Below are positions 49,189 through 62,951 of a stretch of 64,000 nucleotides of DNA, piece by piece; within the stretch, counting starts at the first letter, position 1; every line of letters begins with the position of its first letter. The stretch is from Marsupella aquatica (lineage: Eukaryota > Plantae > Marchantiophyta). The notes beneath the pieces are model-generated. The model was not told the DNA's origin. It searched no databases and saw nothing but the letters and a program-made list of their open reading frames with translations. Made by a program: the position numbers and the translations under genes. The DNA lies in NCBI GenBank assembly GCA_973895155.1, contig OZ316895.1:14886816-14950815 (forward strand), written 5' to 3'.

Positions 49189-52100
49189 ATGGCAAACGAA
49201 AGGGTCCTTAATGACATTACTAATTTGTCCACCATTGAACAAGTTCACTCTTCCACAAAGTATTGCATATGAATATAACTAACACTATTGTTTTCATTCA
49301 AATGTTCTATTCTATTCTATATAAAAATTAACAATTAAATTTTGTTTACTTTCTAAAGTAACTTATATCTAATTGAATGTTCATTTTATGTTTAGGTCTG
49401 CTGATTATACCCTTATTAGAGATGGAAGGCAACATAGTCTCATCAATGAACCGAGACAAGAAGAAAGTGTTCCGATCGCAAGAGTAGATCTCTCATATGA
49501 AATTGAGGAGCCCTACGAGTTTGAAGGACCAGCACGAGTATCGTTGAGACCTGGTGATACTATTGATATAGTCATAAGAGCCAATAGAGCAAAATACATG
49601 CGAGAATGGCGTGCACGACAAAAAGCTAAAAATATACATGTACAAGTGGACGAAGGAGTTAGTGAGCCGAATAGAGCAGCCAAGCGGGCTAAACAACAAC
49701 AGGAGCGACGAACAATTAAAAAAGTAACAGCAAACACTGCAGTCGTTCTAGAGGATGCACGAGTGCTTCATATCAGGTATTTAATTTATTTTTTAAATTT
49801 AATGCATTTTTGCATGGGTTATAGTATTTGATGTACAAACAATATTGGTTGTTAATATACATTTTTTATCAAAATCTATTTTATAGGGAGTTGCTAGTTG
49901 GTGAAGATGTACAACCACTTTCCATGTAAGTTTCTTTTGTTACAAATTTAATAATTCACGTCTAGAAAAGACTTGCTCTTTGATCCTCATGTTTAGGAAG
50001 TCAAGTGGTCTAAGGAATTTTATATCACTAACACAAATTTATATTGATGTATATAGGGACCCATTTATTGGTGACAATGTTCCAGAACCTCCACACCCTA
50101 CTTCAAATCAATGTTTAACATTGGTTGCAAATGATCCATCTCCGACGTAAGTTTCTTTATGTTATAATTTTTTATATTTTTATAATATAACTATTTTTTG
50201 GACATGACTATAATTGATATTTTAAAAATAATTGTGAATGATTGATATTTTTACAGATTACCCATGCCACTTATTCGAAGAACCCTTCAAGATGAACAAA
50301 TGTTTGCTAGAGCAGAGGGACAAAGAAATAGACATGCAATGAAGACTGACCAACCTCGGAATATTGCTTAAGAAATAGTACCCCGTGTGATACAACATGG
50401 GTCTACCTCTAGGTATGAATTAAATTCACTATTTTTATATTAATTGTGAGTGAAATTTTCAGTTTTGAATTGAAAATAATAGTTTATGTTGTTTTTGTTC
50501 ATTATAGGGGACCCCTTCCAGATGAAGATATCATAGTGCCTTCACAAATCGAGATCAACCCATCACCCCGACGCACAAGTCGTATCGCACGCCTCCCAAC
50601 TATGTATGTTAATATTTGTTGAATTTTAGTGGATAGATTAAACTTATAGCCTTATTGTTAGACTTTTAATTATATTGTTTAGTTTTTTTATTTTGTTAAA
50701 TTATTTGTTGTTAGAGGATTGATTGAGTTTTTGAGTTGATTCTTTAATTAGGAATATGATTTAACTAACACTAGTTATTCATTTTTTCAGCAACATAGCA
50801 CGTCGTCGCATATTTGATCAACAACATGTGTTTCACTTGAAGCTACAAAGTCAAATCGATCAAGAGAGTGGTCATCATTACCTTGGGCGAATGAATGTGG
50901 TATGCCCATTCTGTAAGGCATTGCATTGGAGGGGGGAGAAAGTAAGTTCTACAAAATTCAAAGACTCTCCATTTGGCAAGTGTTGTAATCATGGTAGGGT
51001 GGATTTACCACCATTGCGATCTCTTCCTCCATTCTTGGCATCATTGGTCTCAGGTGAGGGACTAGCCAGTAAAAAGTTTTTGAGTCACATTCAAGCTTAT
51101 AACTCTGCACTTCAGTTTGCATTCACTGGTGCTAACATGTCTGGAGAAGTACATGGCGGCATAAAACATCTTCGCATTCAAGGTGGGATCTATCATTCTA
51201 TTGGTCCTCTATATCCTGAGGTAGGACAACCCCCAAAATTTGCTCAACTTTATATTTATGACACTGAGCACGAAATAGAGAATAGAGGAAGGGTTATTAC
51301 TGATGATATTGAGATTGAGACCTTGAGAGGATTATAGAATCTTATGCGTGAGCATAATGCATATGTGAGATCATTTCAAGCTATAGCATGTGAGGTTGGT
51401 AGTCAAAATGTGTGCATAGTACTAAAAGCTAGCGAAAGAGGTCTTGATGCTAGACATTATAACTTGCCGATAGCATCGGAGGTCGCAGCCATTATTCCTG
51501 GAGATGGAAGTGAGGAAGTTGGTCCACGTGATATAATTATATACTTGCATGGAGGAGGAGTTCGTCGTATATCTGACCTCAATCAGACATATATTCCTTT
51601 GCATTTTGTTCTACTATTTCCATACGGTGAGGCATGATGGCATATAGGCATTCAGAAATATAATTCTTCTATAGTAGAAGAGAATGTTGCTATGGAAAGT
51701 GAAGAGGGTGTGGTGGAGAATATTATTCATGGGAGAGCCTATAACGACATGATGGATAATGATACACATGCAGATACAGGGACAAGGAATGTAACCCCTT
51801 TGGAGTTTGCTTCATTTAGGCTTCATACAAGGGAAGATAATCCTACAATGTGCATGGATGGTAGTAGGTTGACACGTTTTGATTGGCTTTATCAAGAGTA
51901 CATGGTGGATGTTTATGCCACTATTGAGAGCCAGAGGTTGACCTACATAGTACCCATCAACCTCAATTGAGGGCGCATCTATATCAAGGGGTTCAAGATG
52001 CAGTGACGAGGCATGATCATGATGCAGCAGATATTGGAAGACGCATCATCTTACCTTCAAGCTTCATAGGGGGTCCACGCCATATGCACCAGTTATTTCA

Positions 52101-55100
52101 GGATGCCATGGCTATTGTTAGGCATTTCGGCAAGCCTGATTTTTTCTTGACAATGACATGCAATCCTGCGTGGAAGGAGATCACAGACGAATTGGTATGT
52201 AGCAATCAAAAAGCGGCTAATCGTTCTGACTTGATTGCTCGAGTGTTTGAACAGAAGAAGAAGGCATTGTTAGATCTGCTAAAAAATCAAAAGATTTTGG
52301 GTAAGTGTGTGGCAAAGATACATACTATAGAATTCCAAAAAAGAGGTTTGACGCACATTCATCTTTTGATGTGCATGGGTTATGAGGACAAACCACAAAA
52401 TGCTACCCATATTGATGATGTTATTTCTGCGGAGATACCAGATCCTATTTTACATCCAAGTCTTTATCAAACTGTTGTTACTTGCATGATGCACGGACCA
52501 TGTGGTGTTCAAATGCGAAATGCTCCATGCATGAAAAATGGAGTGTGCTCAAAAAGTTTTCCCCAAGGTTTTTCCAAGCCTTTTGCGACCCACACCACAT
52601 TAAACGAGGATGGGTACCATACATATCGCAGGTGTGACATTGATTTCAATTACTTTTATATCATGTTTTAATTAATATCTTTATATTATTTTTTAATTGT
52701 GTACATAATTCTTATATTTACTTTTCTACCTTAAATATTGCAGACGAGATGATGGTCATACGATGAAGAAGAAAAATTGCTTTTTGGATAATCGTTGGGT
52801 GGTGCCATATAATAGATTATTGTGCACATTTTTTGATTACCATATAAATCTAGAAATTATCAATGGCATTGCAGCTGCGAAGTACATTTACAAATATGTA
52901 TATAAGGGATCCGATGCAGTTTTGGTCCAATTGTCACAAACTGGTGGCACAAATGGGATGGAGGCAGCAGTAGATGAGGTCTCAAAATATCAAGATGCAC
53001 GGTAATTATTTTATTATATATTTTTATTTCATATTAGTTTGTTAATTTTAAGTGTTGCAATAATTTAAAGTTTATTAAAAGTTTTTTACAATTGTTATTT
53101 GGTTCTATTTGAGGATTTTCCAAATCTTACTAATGTTTTTTTATGTACAAATATATCTCATCTGTTGAAGGATGTTGGCGCATTTTCAAGTTTCGATTGC
53201 ATTTTAGAAGAGCCAAATATTGTTCGATTATCTGTTCATCTTGAGAATGAGCAAAGTATTGTTTTTAGTGAGAATGTTACAACTGAGGAGATCTTGCAAC
53301 GGAGGGTGGCAACCACATTGACAAAATTGTTTGCAATGAATGTTAGTGATCCAAGGGCACGACAACATAAATACCATGAGTTTCCACTTCATTATAGTTG
53401 GAACAAAAACCAAAAGAAATGGATTGTTCGTAAAAAAGATAAAAGGCTGCGGATATCCTATTGGTCGGTTATATTTGACTCATTCAGGTATGATTGGATC
53501 TTGACTTAACACTCAAAGAATTGAATTCATTGTTATTTATTTTAAAACTTTATTATGCTTTAATACAAATTTATTGTGTAGGTGAAGGAGAACTTAACGT
53601 CATTGGATGCGATTACTTCTTCATCATATTAAAAAGGCTATGGGATATGATAGCTTAAAAACAATTGATGGCATGGTCATGCCCACTTTTAAGGAGGCAA
53701 CAATTAAGTTGGGGCTCTTGGAAGATGATACAGAGGTTATTGATTGTTTGAGAGAATGTTCAGAGATTCGGATTGGGCGTGCAGTCCGTCAACTTTTTGC
53801 CATCATTCTTCTCTACAACACACCTGCACGCCCTAAAGAGTTATGGGATCAATTTGTAACATCAATGACCGAAGATCTATTGTATTTGAGGCGTCAGGCT
53901 CGAGGGGGTCACTATATGAAGGGTCATACATCACGTGCGACGGTTTGGGTCATTATGACCCCCCTAAGTCACTTTCTAGAAAGTTGTACGACACCAATCA
54001 TGTGATGACACGTATGCATTTTGCAATTAAATAACCCTATATTTTCATAGAAGACTTAATAAGTTTTCCGCCAAAACCACTTAAATGGCCCTATACTTCG
54101 TCGCACATGATATGCCACTTCCATGGAAGTGACCCCCCCGAGACGTCAGGTATTCTTTTTTACACAAATCAAGTTGTTTCCTTACATGACATGTACATTC
54201 TAATATTATATTTGTTTCACAAACTAACATTGGTCAACTACATTGTACATGTAGGAATTTGGAATATCTGATCTTCCTCAACATACTGTACTCAATGATG
54301 CATTGTTGGAAATTGACCATTATTTACAAGATCACAACAAAAGGCTTTCTCATTTTTCTGACAGGTATCAAACAAATTTTATTTGCAATGAAGAGACTCA
54401 TTCTCATTTGGAGTTAGAGGAGCTCTCATATGATCGTGTTGCACTATGTGCATGTGCATTGGAAGGAGAAGCCAAGCTAAATGATGGACAAAATTTAATT
54501 TGGCAACAGGTGAATGATGTTTGTGAGATCATATTGCAAGATGAATCTCCTCGGGTAAGTATATACATTGTTTTTAATGTATTTTGGTATGATAATGATA
54601 TTTTCTATTTTCACACTATCAATGCTTCTCATGTCTAACTCATGGCTTTTAATTCATCTAGGAGCATCTATTCTTTATTGATGCACCAGGTGGAACTGGA
54701 AAGACATTTTTGTATAATCTTCTACTAGCAAAGGTTAGATGTGAGGGGCATATCGCTCTTGCCGTGACATCATCGAGGATTGCAGTCTTATTATTACAGG
54801 GAGGTCGCATGGCACATTTGAGTTTCAAGATTCCACTCATTGTTCACGAAAGCTCTACTTGCAAGTAAGAAGCTAAAATTGTGTTCATAGTGAGATTGAG
54901 TTTATGAAAAGTACTATTATGTAGAATTTCGAGCTATTGGTTTGGAGGATAATATATGAATTCTATTTTTTCCTGATTACTTTTGTGATGATTGTGTGCA
55001 GCATAGTAATGGAAAGTGAAATTGCACGCTTGATCCGATCTACATTATTGATGATATGGGATGAAGCACCCATGACTCATAGACATGTCTTTGAGGCTGT

Positions 55101-56483
55101 TAGCCAGACACTTCAAGATATCATGAAGTGCAACTTGCCATTTGGGGGAAAATTAATGATCTTTGGTGGTGATTTTTGCTAAGTGCTTCCTGTTGTTCGA
55201 CATGGAGATCAAGCAGCCATCATTCGAGCCACCTTCTAAAGATCTTCTATATGGTCAAAGATGAAAGTGATGAGGCTAAGTGAGAACATGAGAGTCAAAA
55301 CACTAGAAGGTATGTTTTACTATCAATCATTGTTTCAAATGTATATTAAATTATACTTAGTGTGTTATAATTATGATCCTTCTAGAATTATATTTTCACT
55401 TAGTTTTTGAAATGTTAATTTATTTTAGCACTAATAACTTCTCAATGTTGGAATAAGGAAAATTATACTACAGTATGTATAATTTGCTTCAAAACTTTTG
55501 ACAACTTTCTTGGATTTTCTTATATATATAGGACAAGAGGCGCTTGAGCAACAAGGCTTTAGCGATTGGTTACTAGCAATTGGAGAGGGGACTTTGCCAA
55601 TAGAGCCTGATTTGGGCGATGATGTCATTTGTTTACCGCATGACTTGATAATGCCAACTAATCATCTTAGTGACCTTATTGTTGAGATCTATGGCTCAGA
55701 TCCAATGAACTTCAACAATGTTAACTTTCTAAAAGATAGAGCTATCTTGACCACCACAAACAAAGATGTGGATAAGGTCAATGAGGAGGTGATGTGTGGC
55801 TTTCTTGGAGAGGTAAATTCCTTACCACTAGCAACATTAAGAACTTTAAATGTTGTACTTCAAGGGAAGTTCTTTCAATGAAAGTTAGTAATTTTTTTAC
55901 CATTTTTATTCATGAGTTTTTGCAGGAACATGAGTTTTTGAGTGCAGATTCAATTCCCAATGAAACAAGTGCTTTCATGTATCCCACAGAGTTCCTCAAT
56001 ACATTGTTGCCATCGGGGTTACCTCCACACAAGTTGACCCTTAAGATTGGTGCACCCATCATGCTTTTGAGAAACATGAATGGGTCAAAAGGACAAGCCA
56101 ATGGCACTTGCTTGATAGTTCGTGGTTTTGGGCGTCATGTCATAGATGCAGAAATTATCACAGGGAAGAACATCGGAGATCGTGTTTTTATTCCACGCAT
56201 TCCTCTTATTGCATCTGACTCAGGGTTACCATTCGATCTTCGACGATTTCAGTTTCCTATCCGTGCTGCCTTTGGTATGACCATCAATAAGTCTCAAGGT
56301 CAAACCTTGGCAAAGATTGGGATATTTCTACTAAACTCGGTTTTCTCGCATGGTCAATTATATGTGGCATTGTCTAGGGTTGGTGCTCGGAGTGGCATTC
56401 ACATTATGATATCAAGGAATGCATATCCTGATAAGCATGACCTTTACACAAGGAATGTTGTATACCGTGAGATTTTGAGATGA
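49189..56483 (+). pseudogene. Helitron RepHel transposase (HUH Rep plus PIF1-like helicase), spliced, with premature stops
   Basis: CPFCKALHW/CCNHG, PKFAQLYIYDT, GKPDFFLTMTCNP, IEFQKRGLTHIH (HUH), KYIYKYVYKG (Y2), FIDAPGGTGKTF, DEAPM, GGDFC*, QFPIRAAFGMTINKSQGQTL, HGQLYVALSRV. Stops at ~51335, 51635 and 55180. The 5' boundary is uncertain. Confidence 0.93.
53899..54142. mobile_element. 244-bp MITE nested in the RepHel gene
   Basis: Imperfect ~44-bp TIRs: CTCGAGGGGGTCACTATATGAAGGGTCATACATCACGTGCGACG versus the reverse complement CTCGGGGGGGTCACTTCCATGGAAGTGGCATATCATGTGCGACG. TSD GCGTCAGG (53891-53898) / ACGTCAGG (54143-54150). Confidence 0.88.
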
Positions 56484-57297
56484 TTGCATGATGTTGGGAG
56501 GGTGCCTATTCATTCATCTCTTGGTTACACTAGCATGAGCCCATGCATTGACAAAACAACTTCTCTACTCCGAGCTTCAATAAGCAATTCTTTTGACATT
56601 TAACAGGTAAATATTCCTTCTTCATTCATTTCAATTCAATGCTAACTTGACCCTAGATCTTTCAATGGCATGGACCTTCTTAGTACTTGGAATCCTTTGA
56701 AGAGCTTTATATTGCTTATTCCACTCTCTCTACATTCCTCATCGTAGATGGGACGTATTGCATTTGATTTCCTCTTATCAATGACCTTCCTTTTGGCTTC
56801 TCCTTTTGGGTGTTTGCAGTGGTTAATTTTGGTTGCTTGGCCGGTTCTACGCTCCAAGCAAATGGTGCACTTTGTGATATTCAAGCAATATATGTGTACT
56901 CTACAATAGACTACTTCATGGAGACTATCATATGGTATTATTGTTGTATGTTATATTGACATCTACAAACCATATAACATACCTTTTGTTCAAATTTTCA
57001 CCATTTGAATAAAATTTAGGGTTTTCCCCCACTTGAACCATTTTGCCATCAAGTTTTGTCTGGCAAAACTTCTCAAGTGGGGTTTCCCTAAGTTGTCTTT
57101 TGTCTTTTCATACACTACTCTTATTACTTTCCTGAGTCTTTTTTGTCTTTGGCACTTTTTTGTCCTCACCTTTATTGACGTTCAAAGAACGGGTAGTCGG
57201 AGCTAGTGCTATATATTTAGAGTTAAGTTCCACTATTGGGAAACCATCCTCTCCAAAATCTTACCTAGGCTCATTTGATGGTACCTCTGGCGCGATG

Positions 57298-57506
57298 CTC
57301 TAATATGGAGGGCTAACTAACCTGGAACCTCTTGAGTTTGAGACTCATCACCTTTCCAAGTAACCCAACCAGTGGGTCACAAACAGGAATAGAGATGCTC
57401 TAACAAGGAGGGCCAACTAACCTGGAACCTCTTGAGTTCGAACCTCTTGAGTTCGAGACTCATCACCTTGCCAAGTAACCCAAGCCAATGGGGTCACACA
57501 CAGGAA
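57298..57506. repeat. Tandem duplication, 2 x ~100 bp, in the CWF19L1 upstream region
   Basis: CTCTAA...GGAGGGCYAACTAACCTGGAACCTCTTGAGTT...GAGACTCATCACCTT...GGGTCACA.ACAGGAA occurs twice. The second copy has an extra GAACCTCTTGAGTTC. Confidence 0.88.
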
Positions 57507-57810
57507 CACACTTTGACTTGCCAACTTTCTACAGTGCAAGACTGAAGTAGAGTTCGTATGATATGAATTGCCGTTCAAATGCAAAAACCACTCCTGAGTC
57601 CTCGTATCTTTATCAAACATTCAACACTTTTGAGCGAGGACCATCTTAGGAACGAACGGAGAGACGCTACATTGGAGCAGGAGCATCTAGTGTTATTCAC
57701 AAATCATTCAAAGCCTGAGTGAAGAGCATTGACACGCAGGCTCGAATTGAGTATATCTTCAGTAAGTTGTTGCAGATGCCATCTGCCATCATCGTTTCTC
57801 GCAATTGACT

Positions 57811-60800
57811 ATGAGCAGCAGCGCACCCCGCATTCTGATAGCCGGAGATGTCTGCGGCCGTCTCTCCACCCTTTTCAAACGTGTTGCCGCGGTAAACCAT
57901 TACCATCCCGAATTTATAGTTTCTCGTTTTAAGACTGCTCTGTTTTTCTTTCTTCGTCAGGGTCTATTGTCCGGTTGATCGCGGATTTTTGTTTCTCTCC
58001 TCTACTGGAGTTGTGGTTGCTCTGGTCTCGCCATCCGGGAAGCGAGGAAATTAACGTCCGCATGGGAGATGACTGGAGGTGATATTTGGCCCATTGGTAG
58101 CAGCTGTTTGAGCATAATCTTTCACATCAGCAGGATCCATTTTCTTTGCCATCATTCTACCTAGGGCGACTTCGAATGTGTTGCAGAATCGCAAGTCTGT
58201 CCCCCAAGAAATTCACCTCCTTTGACAAACCTTGCCCATATCATTGGTTGGGACTGGCAACGTTGCTTGTGCTATAAACCTTCCCCGCACTATGACCAGC
58301 TGTTCGTCGTGCATTTCGGCGCATGGAATAAGAACTCTCCTAGCGAGGTTTCCTGGGCATTGGATATGAACTTTATCGATCGTTCATCCCTTTCTTTGAT
58401 GTGTCCCTTCCCTACATGTCCACAAAGGTCTTCTCAAAAGAGCCATTTAGAAGGTGGTCTATGAAGAGAACAATTTCCTATGTTGTAAATGCTGAGTAAA
58501 TCAGAGGCTGCGGGAGTCCGTCCATTACAGAAATTCTGCAATTAGCCTCTGATGGCGTGAGTACAATCTCTGGCTACCTGAGGATCTTCTGGGTTTGGAA
58601 AGCTATTTTAGCTGGAGATTACTCCTGCTTAAACCCTCGTGCTTAAACCCTTATCCGCTAATTGGAAAACCGAGAAATACTTCGACTCAAAGGCTTTTAC
58701 ATTTGCAAAGCAGCGATTCCCTCTAGAATTTTGACTCGAATTGCGCATTTCGATTTTGACGAGGTTGCTGACATGACAGGTGAACAAGTCGAGCGGGCCT
58801 TTCGATGTACTTTTTTGTGTAGGGCAGTTTTTTCCAGTTGATCCTGGTGGGGTTGAAGAGGTCCAAGAGTACATTGACGGAATTAAACAAATACCCTTGC
58901 CCACTTACTTTACTGGAAATTACGGCGAGGGTGCTGGTCTCCTACTTTCTTCTAGTGATGCCAAAGCTGCCCGAGCGGGTCTGAGTCCGGAAGGAATTCC
59001 TATTTGTCACAACCTATTGTGGCTTAAAGGTAGTGGCGTTGTGAAAGTTCATGGTAAATTCCTTTCTTTCCACTCAGTGTCTTGATGATGGGATGCATCG
59101 ATTGGAGCGCTGGTATGATTCCTGATATTTTACTTATGCTGCTCAGGTTCATTACGTCGGTATAACGTCTCTTGTAGTCCGGTATTGACCTCGGGATGAC
59201 TGTGAGGTTAAGAACGAACGAACACGGGGATATTGCAAGAACTATTTATAATCGGAAGCTCAGTCGCCTGTCTGCAAACTTGATTTCAAACCAAAAAACT
59301 GGGGCATCAAGTGCTCTCCAGTCATTTTGAGATCTGACCTAATGTTGGACATTGCTTTGTAAATGAAATTGCTTGGTTGTGATACACATTGTAGGAAATT
59401 TCAATCGAGATGAATATTCAAATAATTAACTTTGTTTCTTGAATCATTACGACCAGCTCATTTATCGAAATCTATATGATACCCGAGGCGGACTCACTCT
59501 ATTGTAATCCTTGTTCTTGTTTTGTAGGACTTCGAGTCGCTTACTTGGGAGGAAAATTTAGTGCCTCACTTTATCAGGACGCAAAAGCTGCCTCTTCTGC
59601 AGGAGCACATCATGAGGATGATGTCGATACACTCCGTGCCTTTGCAGACGACAAGGCAGTTACAGACTTGTTTCTATCATATCCTTCTTTCAATTCCTGA
59701 GGAACAGTATCCATCAACCACATTATTTATAGAGGTTCTGATTCTGAGTTTCTGGAATGGGTGTCGGTGAAATTACAGAAAGAAAAGGGTTCTTGTCTGG
59801 CCATTACTGGAGACCTCTTTCACTTTGTTTCACATTTTGCTTGAACATTTGTTTGTTTTCCCTTTTTTCACCTTCCTGTTCTGAAGCATTTTGACGAGCT
59901 AAACTTGTTTGGTCCAGTCACGTCTTTATTGACATGTCGTAGTCCTCTCGATGTCTCTCCTTAATTTGTTTTACAAATGAATGGCCCCAGGGAGTGACCC
60001 TTGGGGTCAATTTGGCATCCGTTCCTTCCAACGTTGATAAATCAACAGGGACTGTTATTGTTGCTGAGCTTGCTGCAGATCTCAAACCTCGGTCAGTAGA
60101 AATAAGACTGGAGTTAAGGTTTTTTGGTACTTTTGTTTCTGGTTTTCTGAGCCTTCTAGTCTGTCCTTTTCCCCCTTCATCGGAACCGGTGCTCCTGTGT
60201 TGTGACATAAAGTTTGATGAGTTGCCTTGCCATCAGCTATCATATTGCAGGGACAGAAGGAGTCTTCTATGCCAGGGACCCATATTTGAACCCTGGGGCA
60301 GTCCATTCAACTCGTTTTATTGGACTTGCAGCTGTCGGAAATGATAAGAAGCAGGTGAATGTAGAAATTTGCTGAAAAGTAGTGAACAACATAAGAAGCT
60401 AAGCCATTTATTTAAATCGTTTAATGATTTCTTTACTTGTGTTTGAGAAATTCATTAGGCTGGCAGGTCTCGCGTTGGAGTCTAGATGCATAGAAAGTAG
60501 GTTAGAGAATGTTGTCTTGGTGACCACCGTTTACCTTTGTTACTTTACTGTTCTGTCTCTTGTTTGTCTGCAGAAATTTCTTCATGCTTTATCACCAACG
60601 CCAGCGTCAGTTCTCTCATCAACAGATCTAGCTGTGAGACCCGCTAACTTGACAGTTTCTCCTTATGAGTTGGCGGCTTCGGTCGCAAAGAAGAATGGTG
60701 GGGGGCTTAGAGCTAGCAATGGAACCAGAAAAGACGCTGTAAATGCTGATAGGAATCAAGGAGATTCCGAAAACTCCGATGGCCAATACTGGAGATATGA

Positions 60801-62951
60801 TACCTCAAGGTCCAAACGACAAAAGCGAGATGATGGGGACAGAGTATGCGTGGAATTCGTAACCAAAGGAACATGTTCAAGAGAGGGAAATTGCAAATTT
60901 AGACATGAACTTGAGGACGGAACTCCTATTCCTAAAGGAGTCTGCTTTGACTTTATTACCAAGGGAAAATGTGAAAAAGGTCCAGATTGCAGGTATCGAC
61001 ATTCACTCGAGGATACCTCAGGAAAGGGCGAGTTTCTTCCTCCAGGTGTATGCTTCAGCTTTTTCAAGACAGGAACTTGTGAGAATGGGGCAGAATGCAG
61101 GTACGGATTTCCTGCACATTCCCGGGTTCCGTTACTTTGGGGATTTGTCTGCTATTTATTGTCTTCTGACCCCATTTGGGAAGCAAAGGCCTTCACAGCT
61201 TGGTCATCGATTACTGCAACTGTTCCCATTACTCAAAACTCGTATTTTGATGAAGAATATCAGAGCTTATCTCATCTTCAGCTTCAAAAGCTGACAAATC
61301 TAAGACTCCCTCTGAAATGTCAAGAGTGCACTGTTGTCATATCAACAACCCACTGACAAATATATGCTGGGTGTCTGTAGAACTGAAGCTGCTGTTTTTC
61401 ATTGTAAGGCACTTGTTGAGCACGTGAAGGAGGTCATTCTGATACATTTTAAGAGGATGTGTTGTTGTCTGAAGAGTAAAAACTTGTGTTAGGTAGTTAT
61501 CTAAGTATCCAAGAGGGGAGTTGTGGAAGTCAGGGAATACCCAGTCAACGGAAGATTACGATAATCCACTTTTTACCCTGATTGTTGGTCGGGATTTGTA
61601 CGCACCACAAGCTATGATGCACTGACTAGAAGAGCCAAGTAATCTAGTGAAATTTAATGTCTCGTTGCTACAATCATATCATTGGAGTCTCGTGTCCCGG
61701 CTTTTGCAGGTTCAGTCACAATCTGGACAACCCGACGCCCCGTCCTACCACCGGACCTTGCTGGTTTTGTCTGTCCAGCCCTGATGTTGGTACCCATCTT
61801 GTTGTTAGTGTTGGTGAACAATGCTATTGTGCATTGGCGAAGGGGCCAATCATGCAAGGGCATGTGTTGCTTCTACCCATTGAACATTTTCCGTCAATAG
61901 TTTCTCTCCCTGATGACACGATATCTGAAATGCAAAAATACAAACAATCCCTGCGAGAATGTTATGAAAGTCAAGGCAATACTATCGTAATTTTTGAGCG
62001 CTACATCCAACTGCGAGCAGGAACTCATGCGCACCTGCAGGTAAGGCCTGTTAGCCTCCATTGATGTCCGACAGTTGTAGCGTTCACTCTTGGATCCGAA
62101 GCAGACCACTTTTGTACAGATGTTATGTCGGAGATCAACAAATTTTTCATAATACATTTGGAAAGAATTTCACTGTGCATGAGCTGGAACAGTAGCTCTG
62201 CACTTAGCTCGCATCACACATTGCCAAGAATTTACTTGACATATCTGTTTGCAAATGAGAAGCAGCATTGCTTTGCGTGACTGGCGTGTTGCTGTTAGTG
62301 CAGGTTTTTCCAATACCCTTGCTTAAGGCCCTTCGTGCACGAGCTGCATTTGTAGCAGCTGCAAAACAAGAGGGTTTTGTATTTCAAGAGCTTCCCCCAA
62401 GTGAGTGTATCAATAACTATCGAATTTATTTCTTTCTAACTTTTGAGATGGCAGAAGTATGGGGCGACATCAGTTTCACCGGCAGGATGTGATCTAAAGT
62501 TTAAATCGTAGCATTTAGAATCATAGTCCCCTTACATTAGCTGCACTGCGACCTGTTGACAACAAAGCCTGTTTGCAGCTCAACGTTTTGCGGAAGCTAC
62601 GCAAGCCTTGAAGGATATAGTGAAGGGTCAAAACTACTTTTTTGTGGAACTTCCCGATAACACAATTTTGGTTCATCCGTTTGAAGCTGGCTCAAAGATG
62701 AGCATGCAGTTTGGCAGAGAGGTAAGAAGAACAGCTGTTTGGTCGATTGCCTCATCAATTCCTCTCATTCTTTCTGCTGATTAAACAACTTATGAAAATC
62801 TCGATGAACGATTTTATCTCAGGTGGTGGCAAATCTCGTCGGTCTCCCGGATAGGGCAGATTGGAAGGCATGCACGCAGACCAAGGATGAGGAGACAGAC
62901 ATGGCAGAGGAATTTAAGCAGCAGTTTTTGAAGTTTGATCCGATGTTATAA
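57811..62951 (+). CDS. CWF19L1: CWF19L1/Drn1-like protein (metallophosphatase-like domain, CCCH zinc fingers, CwfJ C-terminal domains)
   Basis: Exon 1 57811-57891 MSSSAPRILIAGDVCGRLSTLFKRVAA. Later exons encode VNKSSGPFDVLFCVG, IPLPTYFTG, GLRVAYLGG, DLFLS|NEWP, LKPR|YHIAG, TRFIGLAAVG, KFLHALSP, three CCCH fingers, CWFCLSSP, HVLLLPIEH, THAHLQ, NYFFVELP, MQFGRE|V and ADWKAC...FDPML* (TAA ends 62951). Confidence 0.94.
59679..59974 (+). other. U12-type (minor spliceosome) AT-AC intron
   Basis: Donor ATATCCTT at 59679, branch site TCCTTAAT at 59958-59965, terminal AC at 59973-59974. Removal gives the in-frame DLFLSNEWP. Confidence 0.93.

Larger units (their letters stand above)
46329..57206 (+). 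mobile_element. Helitron, ~10.9 kb, decayed, both termini apparently present
   Basis: 5' end A|TCTTACTAGTAAAG at 46329 (less certain). 3' hairpin CGTTC-AAA-GAACG (57179-57191) lies ~11 nt before CTAG|T (57203-57206). RepHel relics lie inside. Confidence 0.8.

Noticed and set aside
7271-62951. Functional cluster of three RNA-processing genes
   Set aside because: They act in different compartments and are separated by TEs; chance adjacency is sufficient without synteny data.
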